Assembly (NCBI GenBank): GCA_000092065.1
Contig: CP000596.1
Length of the DNA stretch: 64,000 nt
From: Ostreococcus lucimarinus
Taxonomy: Eukaryota
Reading direction: 5' to 3' (one strand)
The notes under the pieces are model-generated. The model ran no database searches. It had not been told where the DNA came from and saw only the letters and a list, made by a program, of their open reading frames with translations. A program made the position numbers and the translations under genes. This document shows, piece by piece, positions 27,313 through 36,593 of the stretch; position 1 is the first letter of the stretch, and each line of letters starts with the position of its first letter.

Positions 27313-28626
27313 TCAATTTTCCTCTTTCGATTCAAACGAGCCAAAGAGACCCTGTCCCTTTGCACGGTCCGTTCGGTCGATGTCGATCGGCGGAACGCTC
27401 CAATGCATTCCGAGCGCGTCCAGAGCCTCGATTTTTCGCGCGCTCAATTCGCCAGCCTCGCGTTTCACTCGCATCTTACGAATCCACTGGTGGAGTTTTT
27501 TATCGCGCCTGGCGAGGACGTGCGGCGAACCATGAGTTTCGACGTACTCGGCGAAACGCGCTATATTTTTCTCAAATCCCGCGGCGCGCTTCACCTTCCA
27601 CTCCACACACACGCCATCGAGCGCTTCGACACGTTCGAGCTCGAGCTCCCCCTTTTCAAACCGCCGTCGTTGCTGCCGAATCCATTGAAACAGCGCGTCG
27701 TCTTCGCTCGATCGCGGTAACGCGCCGCGCGTCTCGTAAAACGATCGCATCGCAGACAACCGATCTTCCCAAGATTTGTGAACGGTGGAGCGCACGTCCC
27801 ACTCCACACCGAGCGCATCGAGCGCTGTTTCCCGCTCTTTAGAAAGCTTCCCGTCCCGCTTCGCCTTGCGTTGGTCGAGCAGCCAGAAATAGAGACCGTC
27901 TTCCTCGTCTTCGCGCACGCGACAGTGCCCGCGCGTCTTCACGTACGCCTCCAACGCCTCGCACCGAGTCTCCCACTGCACGACCCTCCGTTCCTCCACA
28001 CCATCGAAGTCCACCCCCAAATCCCTCAACGCCTCGTACTTTTCGCGCGACAGCGACCCGTCGCGGTGATCCGCCACGCAGTGACTCACCCACCGCGACA
28101 ACGCCTTCGATCGCGGCACCGCCCCATCCGACGCATAACACCTCGCCAGCTCCCTCAACCGCGCATCAAACGTAAATATCTCCTCCGGCACCTTCGTGAT
28201 CGCCTTTCGCAGCTCGAACGTCACCCCCAGCGCCCGCAATCGTTCCATTCGCGTCTCGCTCAGTTCGCCTCGCCGCGCCAGGTACCGCTGCCTCGCCAAC
28301 CATCGTCGCTGCGCGTTCAGCTCCCGCGGCAACCGCGCGACGTCCGCGCCGTGCATCGACTTGAACAGCGCGACCTCGTCGAACCTGTCGTCCCAGGACG
28401 CGCGCGCGCGACGCGGCGTTCCGTTTTCGTCGTCGCGAGACGCGCTAACGGTCGCGCATCTTCTTCGCGGTCTCGCGTCGCGCGCGGTCGCGCGTCGCGC
28501 GTCGCGGCGCGGCGTCGCGCGCGGTCGCGCGCGCGCGTCCGCGCCGCGCGCCGCCGTCGCGAGCGATCCCGGCATCGCGCCGCGCGCGCGTCGGCAGATG
28601 ACGTCGCGCGGCATCGCAATCATCAT
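27313..28626 (-). CDS. Protein made of about six tandem helicase-associated (HA) domain repeats, with a transit-peptide-like N-terminus.
   Basis: Units of the form W(E/D)xRxxxLxx(F/Y)xxxxGxxxVPxxxxxxxxLxxWVxxQR...xxGxLSxE(R/K)xxxLxxLGxxW recur throughout (WDDRFDEVALFKSMHG..., WETRCEALEAYVKTRGH..., WEDRLSAMRSFYETRGA..., FEKNIARFAEYVETHGS...). The first ATG is at 28626; the track start at 28767 is a GTG. Confidence 0.75.
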   Translation of the reverse strand: MMIAMPRDVICRRARGAMPGSLATAARGADARARPRATPRRDARRATARDARPRRRCATVSASRDDENGTPRRARASWDDRFDEVALFKSMHGADVARLPRELNAQRRWLARQRYLARRGELSETRMERLRALGVTFELRKAITKVPEEIFTFDARLRELARCYASDGAVPRSKALSRWVSHCVADHRDGSLSREKYEALRDLGVDFDGVEERRVVQWETRCEALEAYVKTRGHCRVREDEEDGLYFWLLDQRKAKRDGKLSKERETALDALGVEWDVRSTVHKSWEDRLSAMRSFYETRGALPRSSEDDALFQWIRQQRRRFEKGELELERVEALDGVCVEWKVKRAAGFEKNIARFAEYVETHGSPHVLARRDKKLHQWIRKMRVKREAGELSARKIEALDALGMHWSVPPIDIDRTDRAKGQGLFGSFESKEEN

Positions 28627-29626
28627 CGCGCGCGCCGTCGCCGCGCGTCCGCGCGCGCCGGTCGCGCGCGTCGGCGCGTCGCGCGTCCGACGCGCTCGAC
28701 GCGTCGCCTCGATCGCGCGACGCGACGACGCGCGCGACGCGACGCGCGCGCGCGCGCGAAGTTTCACGCTGCTCGTCGAGCGGTCGCCGAGCGTCGACGT
28801 CGTCCATCAGCGCGCCGCGCTCGACGCGTGCGACGCGATCGTCCATCCGGACTTCGGCGACGACGATTCGAGCGACGCGCGCGGCGAGGACGGCGCGCGC
28901 GCGTCGGTGCGGTCGGTGTCGGGGGCGCGGTGTCGGGACGCGGCGGCGGCGCGCGCGCGAATCTCGCGCGCGGTCGCGCGACGGCGCGATGCGGGCGGCG
29001 GTGGACGGTTCGCGCTGTTGTGCGTGAGCGGCGACGGCGATCGGGGAGGCGGGATGACGAGCGAGGACGTGTTGAGGGAGGCGCGCGGGATGCGGGCGCG
29101 GGGCGAGGTGCCGCGGGAGACGACGCTGCTCGCGGCGGTGAATCCGATGCTCGGCGCGTCCGAGGCGGTGCGGATGCTGCGAAAGAGGGAATGCGGCGCG
29201 GATGGATTCATCTCGCAGCCGGCGCTGTTGCAAAATCGGTTCGAGGCGTGGCGGGAGGCGTGCGAAAGAAGCGGCGCGTTGGACGGCTTGGACGGCGGCG
29301 GCGACGGCGCGCTCGCGGGATTGTTTCTGGGCGTGTCCACCGCGAGAACGGCGAAGAGTTTGGAGTTTTGGTATAAACTGACCGGCGTCGACGTCGAGGA
29401 CGCCGATGCGCGCGCGCTTCGCGATGAGTACGTCGAACGCGCGCGGACGATGACGCGGGAACGATTCGACGACTGGACGTTTGAACGCGTCGAGCTCGCC
29501 GCGGTGCACGCCATCTCCTTCGCTCGCGCCTCGGGGTTACACGTCATGCCCGTGACCGCGGGTGGGTACGAGCACGCCGCGCGACTCGCGCGCGACGTTT
29601 TACCGGCGTTTAGGCAAACATCGTAG
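28598..29626 (+). CDS. Methylenetetrahydrofolate-reductase-family (MetF-like) protein. The 5' end is uncertain.
   Basis: FALLCVSGDGDRGGG...MLGASEAVRMLRKRECGADGFISQPALLQNRFEAWREACERSG...LFLGVSTARTAKSLEFWYKLTGVDVE resembles the MetF C-terminal half (...[55 protein letters not shown]...). The ATG at 28598 would overlap the HA-repeat gene start by 29 bp. Confidence 0.5.
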   Translation: MTSRGIAIIIARAVAARPRAPVARVGASRVRRARRVASIARRDDARDATRARARSFTLLVERSPSVDVVHQRAALDACDAIVHPDFGDDDSSDARGEDGARASVRSVSGARCRDAAAARARISRAVARRRDAGGGGRFALLCVSGDGDRGGGMTSEDVLREARGMRARGEVPRETTLLAAVNPMLGASEAVRMLRKRECGADGFISQPALLQNRFEAWREACERSGALDGLDGGGDGALAGLFLGVSTARTAKSLEFWYKLTGVDVEDADARALRDEYVERARTMTRERFDDWTFERVELAAVHAISFARASGLHVMPVTAGGYEHAARLARDVLPAFRQTS

Positions 29627-29728
29627 CGCGCGCGACTCCCCTAGCCTTGTAGCGTCGACGCGTAGTCACAACTTCACACCGACGCGCGCGTCGGCGCGCG
29701 GCGTTCTCGCGCGTGGCCCACTCGCACG

Positions 29729-31378
29729 ATGCGGTTTCTCGTGTACTTTGTCCATCGTCACAACGACTTCAGGTGCGTCGCGCGCGCTCTCTCGCGCGTT
29801 TCGAGTTCGAGTGCACTTTTTGTCCCATCGGTGGCGGCGGAAGTCCCGAACGTCTCGCGCGTCGCACAAAGCGTGAATCGCGACCGCGCGACCGCGAACG
29901 ACTGACAACAATAACGTATTTGCGATTCACGCACGCGCAGGCGCGCAGAGTTTGAATCCGTGGCGGAAATGTGCGGAGTGTCGAACGTGGAGGACTTGGC
30001 GTGGACGCGCGCCGACGGCGGCGACTGCGAAGAGACGCCGTTTTGGTACGTCGAGCTCCCGGACGAGCGCACAGCGCGCGCGATCGCATCGCGCGCGCTG
30101 TTAGTCAAAGCGATTTTAGAGGCGTGGGGTTCGGCGCCGGACGAGGGTGGGCTGCGGGACGCGGTCGCGGCGTACGACGAGTCGCGAAAGACGCCGTATT
30201 TAGCGCCGGGGACGACGTTTAAGGTGGAGGTGGAGGATTTCGGCGTCAGGCGCGGGTCGAAAGACATCTTAAAGCGCGTCGGCGACTTGGGATTGCCGTT
30301 TCTAGGGAAGGCGGATCTTAAGAATCCGGAACATTTATTTTGGAGCGTGGTGAGCGACACGAAGGAGACGCCGAGTTTACCGCAAACGCCGCGGCATTGC
30401 TTCTTCGGGCGCGTCGTCGGTCAGAGCGATCGCTCGACGTTGAAAAGGTACGACTTGAAGCAACGTTCGTATTTAGGGCCGACGAGCATGGACGCGGAGA
30501 TGGCGCTTTTGATGGCGAATTTCGCGCAGGCGCGTCCTGGCGGCGTGATATTAGATCCGTTTTGCGGCACGGGATCAATGCTCGTCGCCGCGGCGCATTA
30601 CGGTGCGATGACGATGGGCATAGACATAGACATTCGCGTCATCAAGCATGGGAAATCGGCGCGCAAGAGCGGCTCGAAGTTTGGCGTAAAAGCGAGCGAT
30701 GGTTCGTCGGTGGACGTGTGGACGAATTTCGCGCAGTACGGTTTGCAACCGCCGGTGGCGTTGTTTGTCGGCGATTTGCACGCGTTGCCGACGCGACGGT
30801 TTGGTTTAGAGGGTACGCTCCAAGGTATCGTCGCCGACCCTCCGTACGGCGTCCGCGCCGGCGGACGCAAAAGCGGTGGGCGCAAACCGCTTCCCGAAGA
30901 CTACGCCATCCCGGAGGAGATGCGAGAAACGCACATTCCGAGCACCGCGCCCTATCCATTCGCCGAGATGAACGACGATTTGATGGAGCTCGCCGCTCGG
31001 TTTCTCTCCATCGGCGGCCGTCTCACGTTCTTCCTCCCCGGTTCCACCGAAGACGCCGAACGAGAGATTCGCGACCTCCCCGCGCACCCGGCGCTTCGCC
31101 TGCGATGGCACTCTCTAGAAACCTTCAACCAAATCTGGGGTCGCCGTCTCGTGACGTACGAAAAAATACACCCCTACGACGTTGAAGTCGCGCGAAAGGC
31201 GCGCGAAGACGCCGTCGCCGCCCGCGCGGCGAGCGACGAGCCGGATTTGATCGAACGGATGCGCGCGTTGGTGTACGACCAAGTCCCCGCCGAGGCGAAG
31301 CGTCGCAAGCGATACGAGAAATTCCACGGCGTGCCTCCGCCAGACGCGCTCACCGAGCGCGCGAGCGCAGAGACGTAA
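29729..31378 (+). CDS. TRM11: tRNA (guanine10-N2)-methyltransferase TRM11, two exons: 29729-29772 and 29941-31378.
   Basis: Exon 1 encodes MRFLVYFVHRHNDF(R). The spliced N-terminus MRFLVYFVHRHNDFRRAEFESVAEMCGV... matches yeast Trm11 MKKYLLYMVQVHLNFRKAELESLADLYNL..., followed by FWYVELPDE (FFIVELEND). The catalytic domain has LDPFCGTGSMLVAAAHYGAMTMGIDID, FVGDLHALP and ADPPYGVRAGGRK. Confidence 0.85.
29773..29940 (+). other. TRM11 intron (168 nt, phase 2).
   Basis: It begins AG|GTGCGT. ACTGAC lies about 38 nt before ...cacgCGCAG|G. The ORF track only sees exon 2, from a GTG at 29960. Confidence 0.75.
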
Positions 31379-31482
31379 ATTTACGCGTCACCCACGCGCG
31401 CGCATTAGCCTCGACGCGCGCGCGTCGTAGCTCTAGACTTGAAATTAGCCTCCGCGAATGAAATCTGTCCCGCTCGGCGAAT

Positions 31483-32727
31483 ATGTTATCGTTGATAACG
31501 ACCTGCGCTGCAAAGCACCGCGCGCCGGCCTCACCGCGCGCGACCGCCCGCGCGCGCGCCGAGCGCGAGCGCGCGATGCGCGTCGCCGTTTGCGCGCGCG
31601 CGCGCGCGACGCGCGTCGCGCGCGGCGGCGCCAGCGCGTCGAGACCGCCGACCGGTCGAGTTTCAGTCCCGCGCGCGACGCCGCGCCCTGGCCGCGCGAA
31701 CGCGTCTCGAGCGATCGTGATCGCGCGCGCGCGCTCGAGCGCATCGTCCCTGGCGCCGGCGACGACGCGGGCGCCGATCGAGACGATGGATGCGTACGTC
31801 GCGCGCGTGGCGGATTTCGTCCCGCCCGCGGCGTTCGCGGCGACGCTCGGCGCGTTCGCGTTCACGGCGATTGGATTCATGCTCGGGTGTCTGCTGACGC
31901 TCAGAGAGCTCGTGCGCGCGTGTCGCGAGGCGACGCTGGCGTCGCGAGCGGTGCGGAACTGTGCGAATTCGATAGAGGTGTCGTGCGCGAGCGTGGATAG
32001 GTGCACGAAGAACATCGACGCGACGTGCGCCAAGGTGGACGATTTCCTCGAGCAAGCGAACACGATCGGGACGACGACGTCGAATATTCTGACCGAGGCC
32101 GGGTTGTTGCAGCGACGGGTGTCGGAGCTGCCGAACGCGCTTTTGGGGTCGCTCGGGGATTCGGCGGAGGACCCGAGGTCGCGATCGTTCCTCGCGGCGC
32201 GAGGCGCCGACGGCGCGGAACTCGCGGCGGAGATGGCGCGACGAGATATCGTGCTAGGAAAAGAAATCACGGGGAGGAGGTTAGGGAACGGGTGGATCGG
32301 GTCGACGATGCATCGGTTCTTTTTTTCAAGAGATAATACTTTTAGCGTCGGCGAATACGTCGCGGTGAAGCGATCGAATAATATGTACACGTGGGGCGTC
32401 GTCGAGGCGGGTGATTCAGACGAAAGCGAGGACGGCAAGGGAGTGGACGGCACGGAGTCGTCGAGCAATAGCGCGGTGGACGTCTCGCAGGCAGAACCCG
32501 CGGTGTGCGAGTGGCCGCCGCGCGATTATCCCGCGGAAGCCGCGGCGAAGGAGATCGAAGAGGCAAACAAAATCACGCCCATGAAGGTGTTCAAGGCGCT
32601 CATTCGCATGCCGTTGCCAAAGAACTTGGGCGAACCTGAGAGGCAGTATCGCGTCGTCGTTGAAGTGGATAGAGATTTGTACCGTTTCAAGTACGTCGAC
32701 GCGTCGCTGTTGGGCAAACGATACTGA
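31483..32727 (+). CDS. Hypothetical protein with one predicted TM helix and a conserved-looking C-terminal domain.
   Basis: ATG at 31483. The Arg/Ala-rich N-terminus is followed by FAATLGAFAFTAIGFMLGCLLTL. The tail reads ...GEYVAVKRSNNMYTWGVV...QYRVVVEVDRDLYRFKYVDASLLGKRY. I do not recognise a family. Confidence 0.5.
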   Translation: MLSLITTCAAKHRAPASPRATARARAERERAMRVAVCARARATRVARGGASASRPPTGRVSVPRATPRPGRANASRAIVIARARSSASSLAPATTRAPIETMDAYVARVADFVPPAAFAATLGAFAFTAIGFMLGCLLTLRELVRACREATLASRAVRNCANSIEVSCASVDRCTKNIDATCAKVDDFLEQANTIGTTTSNILTEAGLLQRRVSELPNALLGSLGDSAEDPRSRSFLAARGADGAELAAEMARRDIVLGKEITGRRLGNGWIGSTMHRFFFSRDNTFSVGEYVAVKRSNNMYTWGVVEAGDSDESEDGKGVDGTESSSNSAVDVSQAEPAVCEWPPRDYPAEAAAKEIEEANKITPMKVFKALIRMPLPKNLGEPERQYRVVVEVDRDLYRFKYVDASLLGKRY

Positions 32728-32755
32728 TAGAGATGACACCAAGAGACTTGTAAAA

Positions 32756-33802
32756 TCACAACCCGAGCGATGAATAGTATTTCGCCACTAGTTGGCTCAA
32801 ACGATTGCCATCGGCGCCGCTAAATGTTTCCGCCTTGCGCCCTTCGCAATACACCGCGAACGTGGGCATGGACGAAACGCGCTCGTAACCCGCTATGTCT
32901 TGCGCCGCGTCGACGTCGACTTTGATGAAGTGCGCCGCCGGATACTTGGTCGCGAGCGACGTGAACACCGGCCCAATCATCTTGCAAGGCCCGCACCAGG
33001 TCGCAGTGAAATCCACAAAGACTAATTTCATCGTTTTCGTCAAACGTTGGTACTCCGCCATTTCGGTCACCTCTCGACATCCGGCTTGGACTTGCGGCTT
33101 CTTCAGCGCCGCTCGACATCCGTTCAAACTCGCGACTAAGCTCACATCTCCCGGCAAATCCTCCCACAGCCTCGTGAATACAACATCCGCTTCGGCGTAT
33201 TTCCCTAAAGCCGCCAATGCCGTCGCTTTGCGCAGCGAAGCCTTTTGATACGTTTCGCATCTCGCCAACGCTTCGTTCGCGTCGGCGAGCGCGTCCTCGT
33301 GTTTGCCCGACGCCGACTTACACGCCGCGCGATTACAAAACAACAGACTCGCCCCTGGAACATCGCTTCCACCGTTCGCTAATCCCTCGCTATACGCCTC
33401 GGCCGCGCTCTCGCGATCGCCCGCCTTGAATTTATCGTTGCCGAGCGCTCGCGCCGCCGCCAAGCGTTCCAACTTCCCCTTCGCGAGCGCCTCCGACGAA
33501 TCTCTCAATCCCTCGACCGCCCCGTCCAGCGTCCCCGCGCGCACGAACAACGACTCCAGGCGCGTCTTCGCGCGTTCGTACGACTCGCACGCCGCCCACG
33601 CGCGCGCACAGGCGACGACGGCGTCGTTCAGGTGTTGTCCCAGTCCCATGGCCATCAGCGCCGCCGCGGCGTTGGCGCGCGCTTTCGCGACGTCCAGGGG
33701 CGTCGAGGCGCATTCGGCGGCTTGTTCGTACAGGTCTAGAGCTGATTTAAAGTCGCTATTCTTCAGGGCGTCGTTGCCGCGCGCGCGAAGGTCGGTGGTC
33801 AT
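32756..33802 (-). CDS. TPR-repeat thioredoxin (TDX/TTL-like): N-terminal TPR repeats and a C-terminal thioredoxin domain.
   Basis: ...KLVFVDFTATWCGPCKMIGPVFTSLATKYPAAHFIKVDVD...MPTFAVY has the WCGPC active site. The N-terminal region is helical and repetitive with Ala/Leu-rich TPR-like motifs. My hand count puts the ATG at 33799-33801, one base off the track. Confidence 0.85.
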   Translation of the reverse strand: MTTDLRARGNDALKNSDFKSALDLYEQAAECASTPLDVAKARANAAAALMAMGLGQHLNDAVVACARAWAACESYERAKTRLESLFVRAGTLDGAVEGLRDSSEALAKGKLERLAAARALGNDKFKAGDRESAAEAYSEGLANGGSDVPGASLLFCNRAACKSASGKHEDALADANEALARCETYQKASLRKATALAALGKYAEADVVFTRLWEDLPGDVSLVASLNGCRAALKKPQVQAGCREVTEMAEYQRLTKTMKLVFVDFTATWCGPCKMIGPVFTSLATKYPAAHFIKVDVDAAQDIAGYERVSSMPTFAVYCEGRKAETFSGADGNRLSQLVAKYYSSLGL

Positions 33803-33850
33803 CGCGAGCGGGCGAGTGCGGCGCGAGCGCGGCGCGAGCGAGGAGCGTGC

Positions 33851-34798
33851 TCAGCCATACGGAGAACTTTCTCGCAAGATACGTGTCCACGCTTCTCGGT
33901 TCTTCTCTGCGCACTCGTGCAGGAATTCGTCTCGCTCTCGCGGCGTCATGGCGTCTAGGTACGCTTTGTGGCACTTCTTGCACATGCGCGTGTACGGATG
34001 GTGCCAATAGTACTTGCCGAGATTCGCACGGTACTTCCGCACGCTTCTGTCCGTCCCGCACGCTCGGCACGTCATGCCCTCCGGCGCCGGCGGCGTCGGC
34101 TCGCGACGCTCCATCCAAGCTTTCGATTTACGCCGTCCCGCTGCCTCGGCGCACTGTTTGTCGAACTCCTCTCGTGCCTCGGGCGTCATCGCGTCTAGGT
34201 GCACTTCGTGGCACTTGACGCACATGCGCGTATGCGGACGTTCCCAACAGTACTTGCCGAGATCCGCACGGTACTTCCGCACGTTTCTGTCCGTCCCGCA
34301 CGCTCGGCACGTCATGCCCTCCGGCGCCGGCGGTCTCGGCTCGCGACGCTCCAGCAGAGCTTTCGATTTACGCCGTCCTGTTTCCTCGGCGCACTGTTTG
34401 TCGAACTCCTCTCGTGCCTCGGGCGTCATCGCGCCGACGTGCGCTTCGTGGCACTTGACGCACATGTGCGTGTGCGCACGTCTCCAATAGTACTTGCCGA
34501 GATCCGCACGGTACTTCCGCACGCTTCTGTCCGTCCCGCACGCTCGGCAGGTCATGCCCTCCGGCGCCGGCGGCCTCGTCCCGCCGCCGCCCGACTCCGC
34601 CCTCAAAACGACCGCGCATCGCGCGTCGCTCAGGCACGCCTCCCCCAAACGTCTCGTTATCGTCTCCAGCGCCCCCCGCGCGCCGTCCCGTCCCACCGCG
34701 CGTCGCGCGTCGACGCGCGTTCGCCCGTCCCGACGCCCCCGAGCGCACAATCTCGCGTCGACCGACACCGACGCCGACGCCGCGCGCGCCGCGAGCAT
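33851..34798 (-). CDS. Protein built of three near-identical ~80-aa modules, each with a CxxC...CxxCH cysteine/histidine motif (a putative treble-clef zinc finger). An N-terminal presequence-like region precedes them.
   Basis: PPAPEGMTCRACGTDR(S/N)VRKYRA(D/N)LGKY(Y/C)W(R/E/H)...HT(H/R)MC(V/K)KCH(E/K)...AMTP(E/R)ARE(E/D)EF...QCAE occurs three times. The first ATG is at 34798 (MLAARAASASVSVD...); the track start at 34966 is a GTG. Confidence 0.6.
   Translation of the reverse strand: MLAARAASASVSVDARLCARGRRDGRTRVDARRAVGRDGARGALETITRRLGEACLSDARCAVVLRAESGGGGTRPPAPEGMTCRACGTDRSVRKYRADLGKYYWRRAHTHMCVKCHEAHVGAMTPEAREEFDKQCAEETGRRKSKALLERREPRPPAPEGMTCRACGTDRNVRKYRADLGKYCWERPHTRMCVKCHEVHLDAMTPEAREEFDKQCAEAAGRRKSKAWMERREPTPPAPEGMTCRACGTDRSVRKYRANLGKYYWHHPYTRMCKKCHKAYLDAMTPRERDEFLHECAEKNREAWTRILRESSPYG
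33890..34620. repeat. Tandem repeat of three units of ~240 bp, about 95% identical, inside the CDS above.
   Basis: The string tacttgccgagat(t/c)cgcacggtacttccgcacg(c/t)ttctgtccgtcccgcacgctcggca(c/g)gtcatgccctccggcgccggcgg recurs at about 34010, 34250 and 34490. Confidence 0.8.
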
Positions 34799-34956
34799 CG
34801 CTCCCGTCGCGCTCGACCGCGCGCGGCGTAATTTACCGAACCGCGCGGCGCGCGCGCGTCGCGCCGCGCGTCGCCCCGCGTCGCGCCGCGTCGCGATCTG
34901 CGTCCGTCGCCTTCGTGCGTTTTCGACGTTTTCACCGAAAACACCCGGTCGATGCG

Positions 34957-35574
34957 ATGTCCGCACAGATCGTCGCGTCGCCGCGCCGCGCGATGTCCGT
35001 CCTGCGCGCCCTCGCGCGGCGCGCGCGCGCGCGCGCGCCTTCGCCGCGCGCCGCCGCGCTCGCGACGCGCGCGCGGGCGCCGCCGCCGCCGATGACGTCC
35101 GTCGACGCGCTCTGGGAGGAGGTTCGCGACGCGCGCAGCGGACAGATTTACTACTGGCAGACGGAGACCGACGAGACGACGCCGCTCGGCGCGCCTCGGC
35201 CGACGACGTACAGCGCGCTCGACCCGACGATGCCGGCGCCGACGCGATCGGGGACGCGCGCGCCGCCGCCGTCGCGAGATCTCGGCGCGGCGGGAGGGTC
35301 GGCGGCGGGCGGATTCGGGTCGATGATCGCGCAGGGCGCGGCGTGGGGGATGGGGAGCTCGTTGGGACACCGCGCGATCGGAGGGATGTTCGGGTACGGC
35401 GGGTACGGCGGCGTCGGCGGGGTCGGCGGCGGCGAGGGCGCGATCGGGGAGGCGGGAGGGACGGAGGCGCCGGCGCCGCCGGATTTCGGCGCGAGCGAGT
35501 TCGACGACGACGACGGATTCGGCGACGGTGGATCCGACGGTGGATCGTTGTTTGATTTCTTTTCCGAAGACTGA
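34957..35574 (+). CDS. Small protein with a mitochondrial-presequence-like N-terminus, one WW-like motif and a Gly-rich C-terminal tail.
   Basis: [28 protein letters not shown]... followed by LWEEVRDARSGQIYYWQTETDETTPLGAPRP is WW-like (GxxYYxxxxTxxTxW/P). Then GGxGG repeats. The start is the ATG at 34957 or 34993; the track start at 34915 is a GTG. Confidence 0.5.
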   Translation: MSAQIVASPRRAMSVLRALARRARARAPSPRAAALATRARAPPPPMTSVDALWEEVRDARSGQIYYWQTETDETTPLGAPRPTTYSALDPTMPAPTRSGTRAPPPSRDLGAAGGSAAGGFGSMIAQGAAWGMGSSLGHRAIGGMFGYGGYGGVGGVGGGEGAIGEAGGTEAPAPPDFGASEFDDDDGFGDGGSDGGSLFDFFSED

Positions 35575-35695
35575 GCGCGCGCGCGATCGCGCGCGATGTA
35601 ATTTTGAGGCTGGGTGATTTTGTTCGTTTCGTCTTCGGCGTTACAAATTTCCTTCGCGAGCGCGAGGCGGCGGCGCGATCTTTCGGGTCGTTCGC

Positions 35696-36328
35696 TCACG
35701 CGCCTTCCCCCGCGGTCGTCTCCACCGCGCCTTCGGTCGCCGCCTCGGCCGATGTGGCCTCGACGACCTCCTCGCGCGTCGTCTCCGACGTCTTCTCCGC
35801 GTCTCTCCGCGGCGACGCCGCCGCCGCTTCCTTCGCCGCCGCCGCCTCGTCCTCCGCCATTTTCTCTTCAATCCACCGTTTCAGCGTCCCGCTCCCGAAT
35901 CCGTACGCGCCCGGTAATTTCACGTAATCTCTCGTCTGCTGTGCCGGTTCCTTGCCCCAGTGTTTCGGGAATCGCGCCATCCACGGCGCGTCGCTTCGTC
36001 GCCACTTGACGTACGCGTACTTGTCGTTTCGCTTCGTCCCGTCCTCGTTCTTCAGCGGCGTCCCGTGCTCGTACTTCGTCCCGCGCGCGTCGCCGAACAT
36101 GTTCACCTCGTCTCGCTGGGCGTACAACCACGCGTCGATCAGGCTCTTCTCCTCGAGCGAGACGGCTTTCGGGTTTTTGAGATGATGAAACTTTAGGATG
36201 TCGGTTTTGATCACCGAGACTTGGGTGAGTTTGCTCGCCGCTTTCGCGAATTTGCGCGCGTTGGAGCCGGTGGCGTTGAGCGCGAGAAACGCGCCCGCGA
36301 CGGCGACGACGAGGGCGGGGATTTTCAT
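35696..36328 (-). CDS. Secreted or lumenal hypothetical protein with an N-terminal signal peptide.
   Basis: ATG at 36328. MKIPALVVAVAGAFLALNATGSNA is a signal peptide. The rest is Lys-rich and ends in an acidic Ala/Glu/Thr tail. No family recognised. Confidence 0.55.
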   Translation of the reverse strand: MKIPALVVAVAGAFLALNATGSNARKFAKAASKLTQVSVIKTDILKFHHLKNPKAVSLEEKSLIDAWLYAQRDEVNMFGDARGTKYEHGTPLKNEDGTKRNDKYAYVKWRRSDAPWMARFPKHWGKEPAQQTRDYVKLPGAYGFGSGTLKRWIEEKMAEDEAAAAKEAAAASPRRDAEKTSETTREEVVEATSAEAATEGAVETTAGEGA

Positions 36329-36593
36329 GGCGCGCGAGGCGAGGCGCGCGACGCGGAATGCGGAACGAGGAAAGTGCGAGGCTGGACGAGGACGGCGGCG
36401 TCGGGACGCGACGCGAGATCGACGACGACGACGACGACGACGCGCGTCGACGCGAAAAAGGTTCTTCGTGATGATGAGAGTACATGCGTTGACATCGGTT
36501 ACGCGAGGATTCGTCGGTGCGCCGAGGCGGCGGCGCGTCGTCGTTCTCTTCGTCGTCGTTCTAATAATCGTACGGTTGGCGCCGAGCCGTCGA

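Noticed and set aside
33851-34798. Reading the CxxC...HxH..CxxCH module as an HNH endonuclease motif.
   Set aside because: The spacing and flanking residues do not fit the HNH consensus (DH...N...CxxCH). It is more likely a structural zinc finger. I left it unassigned.
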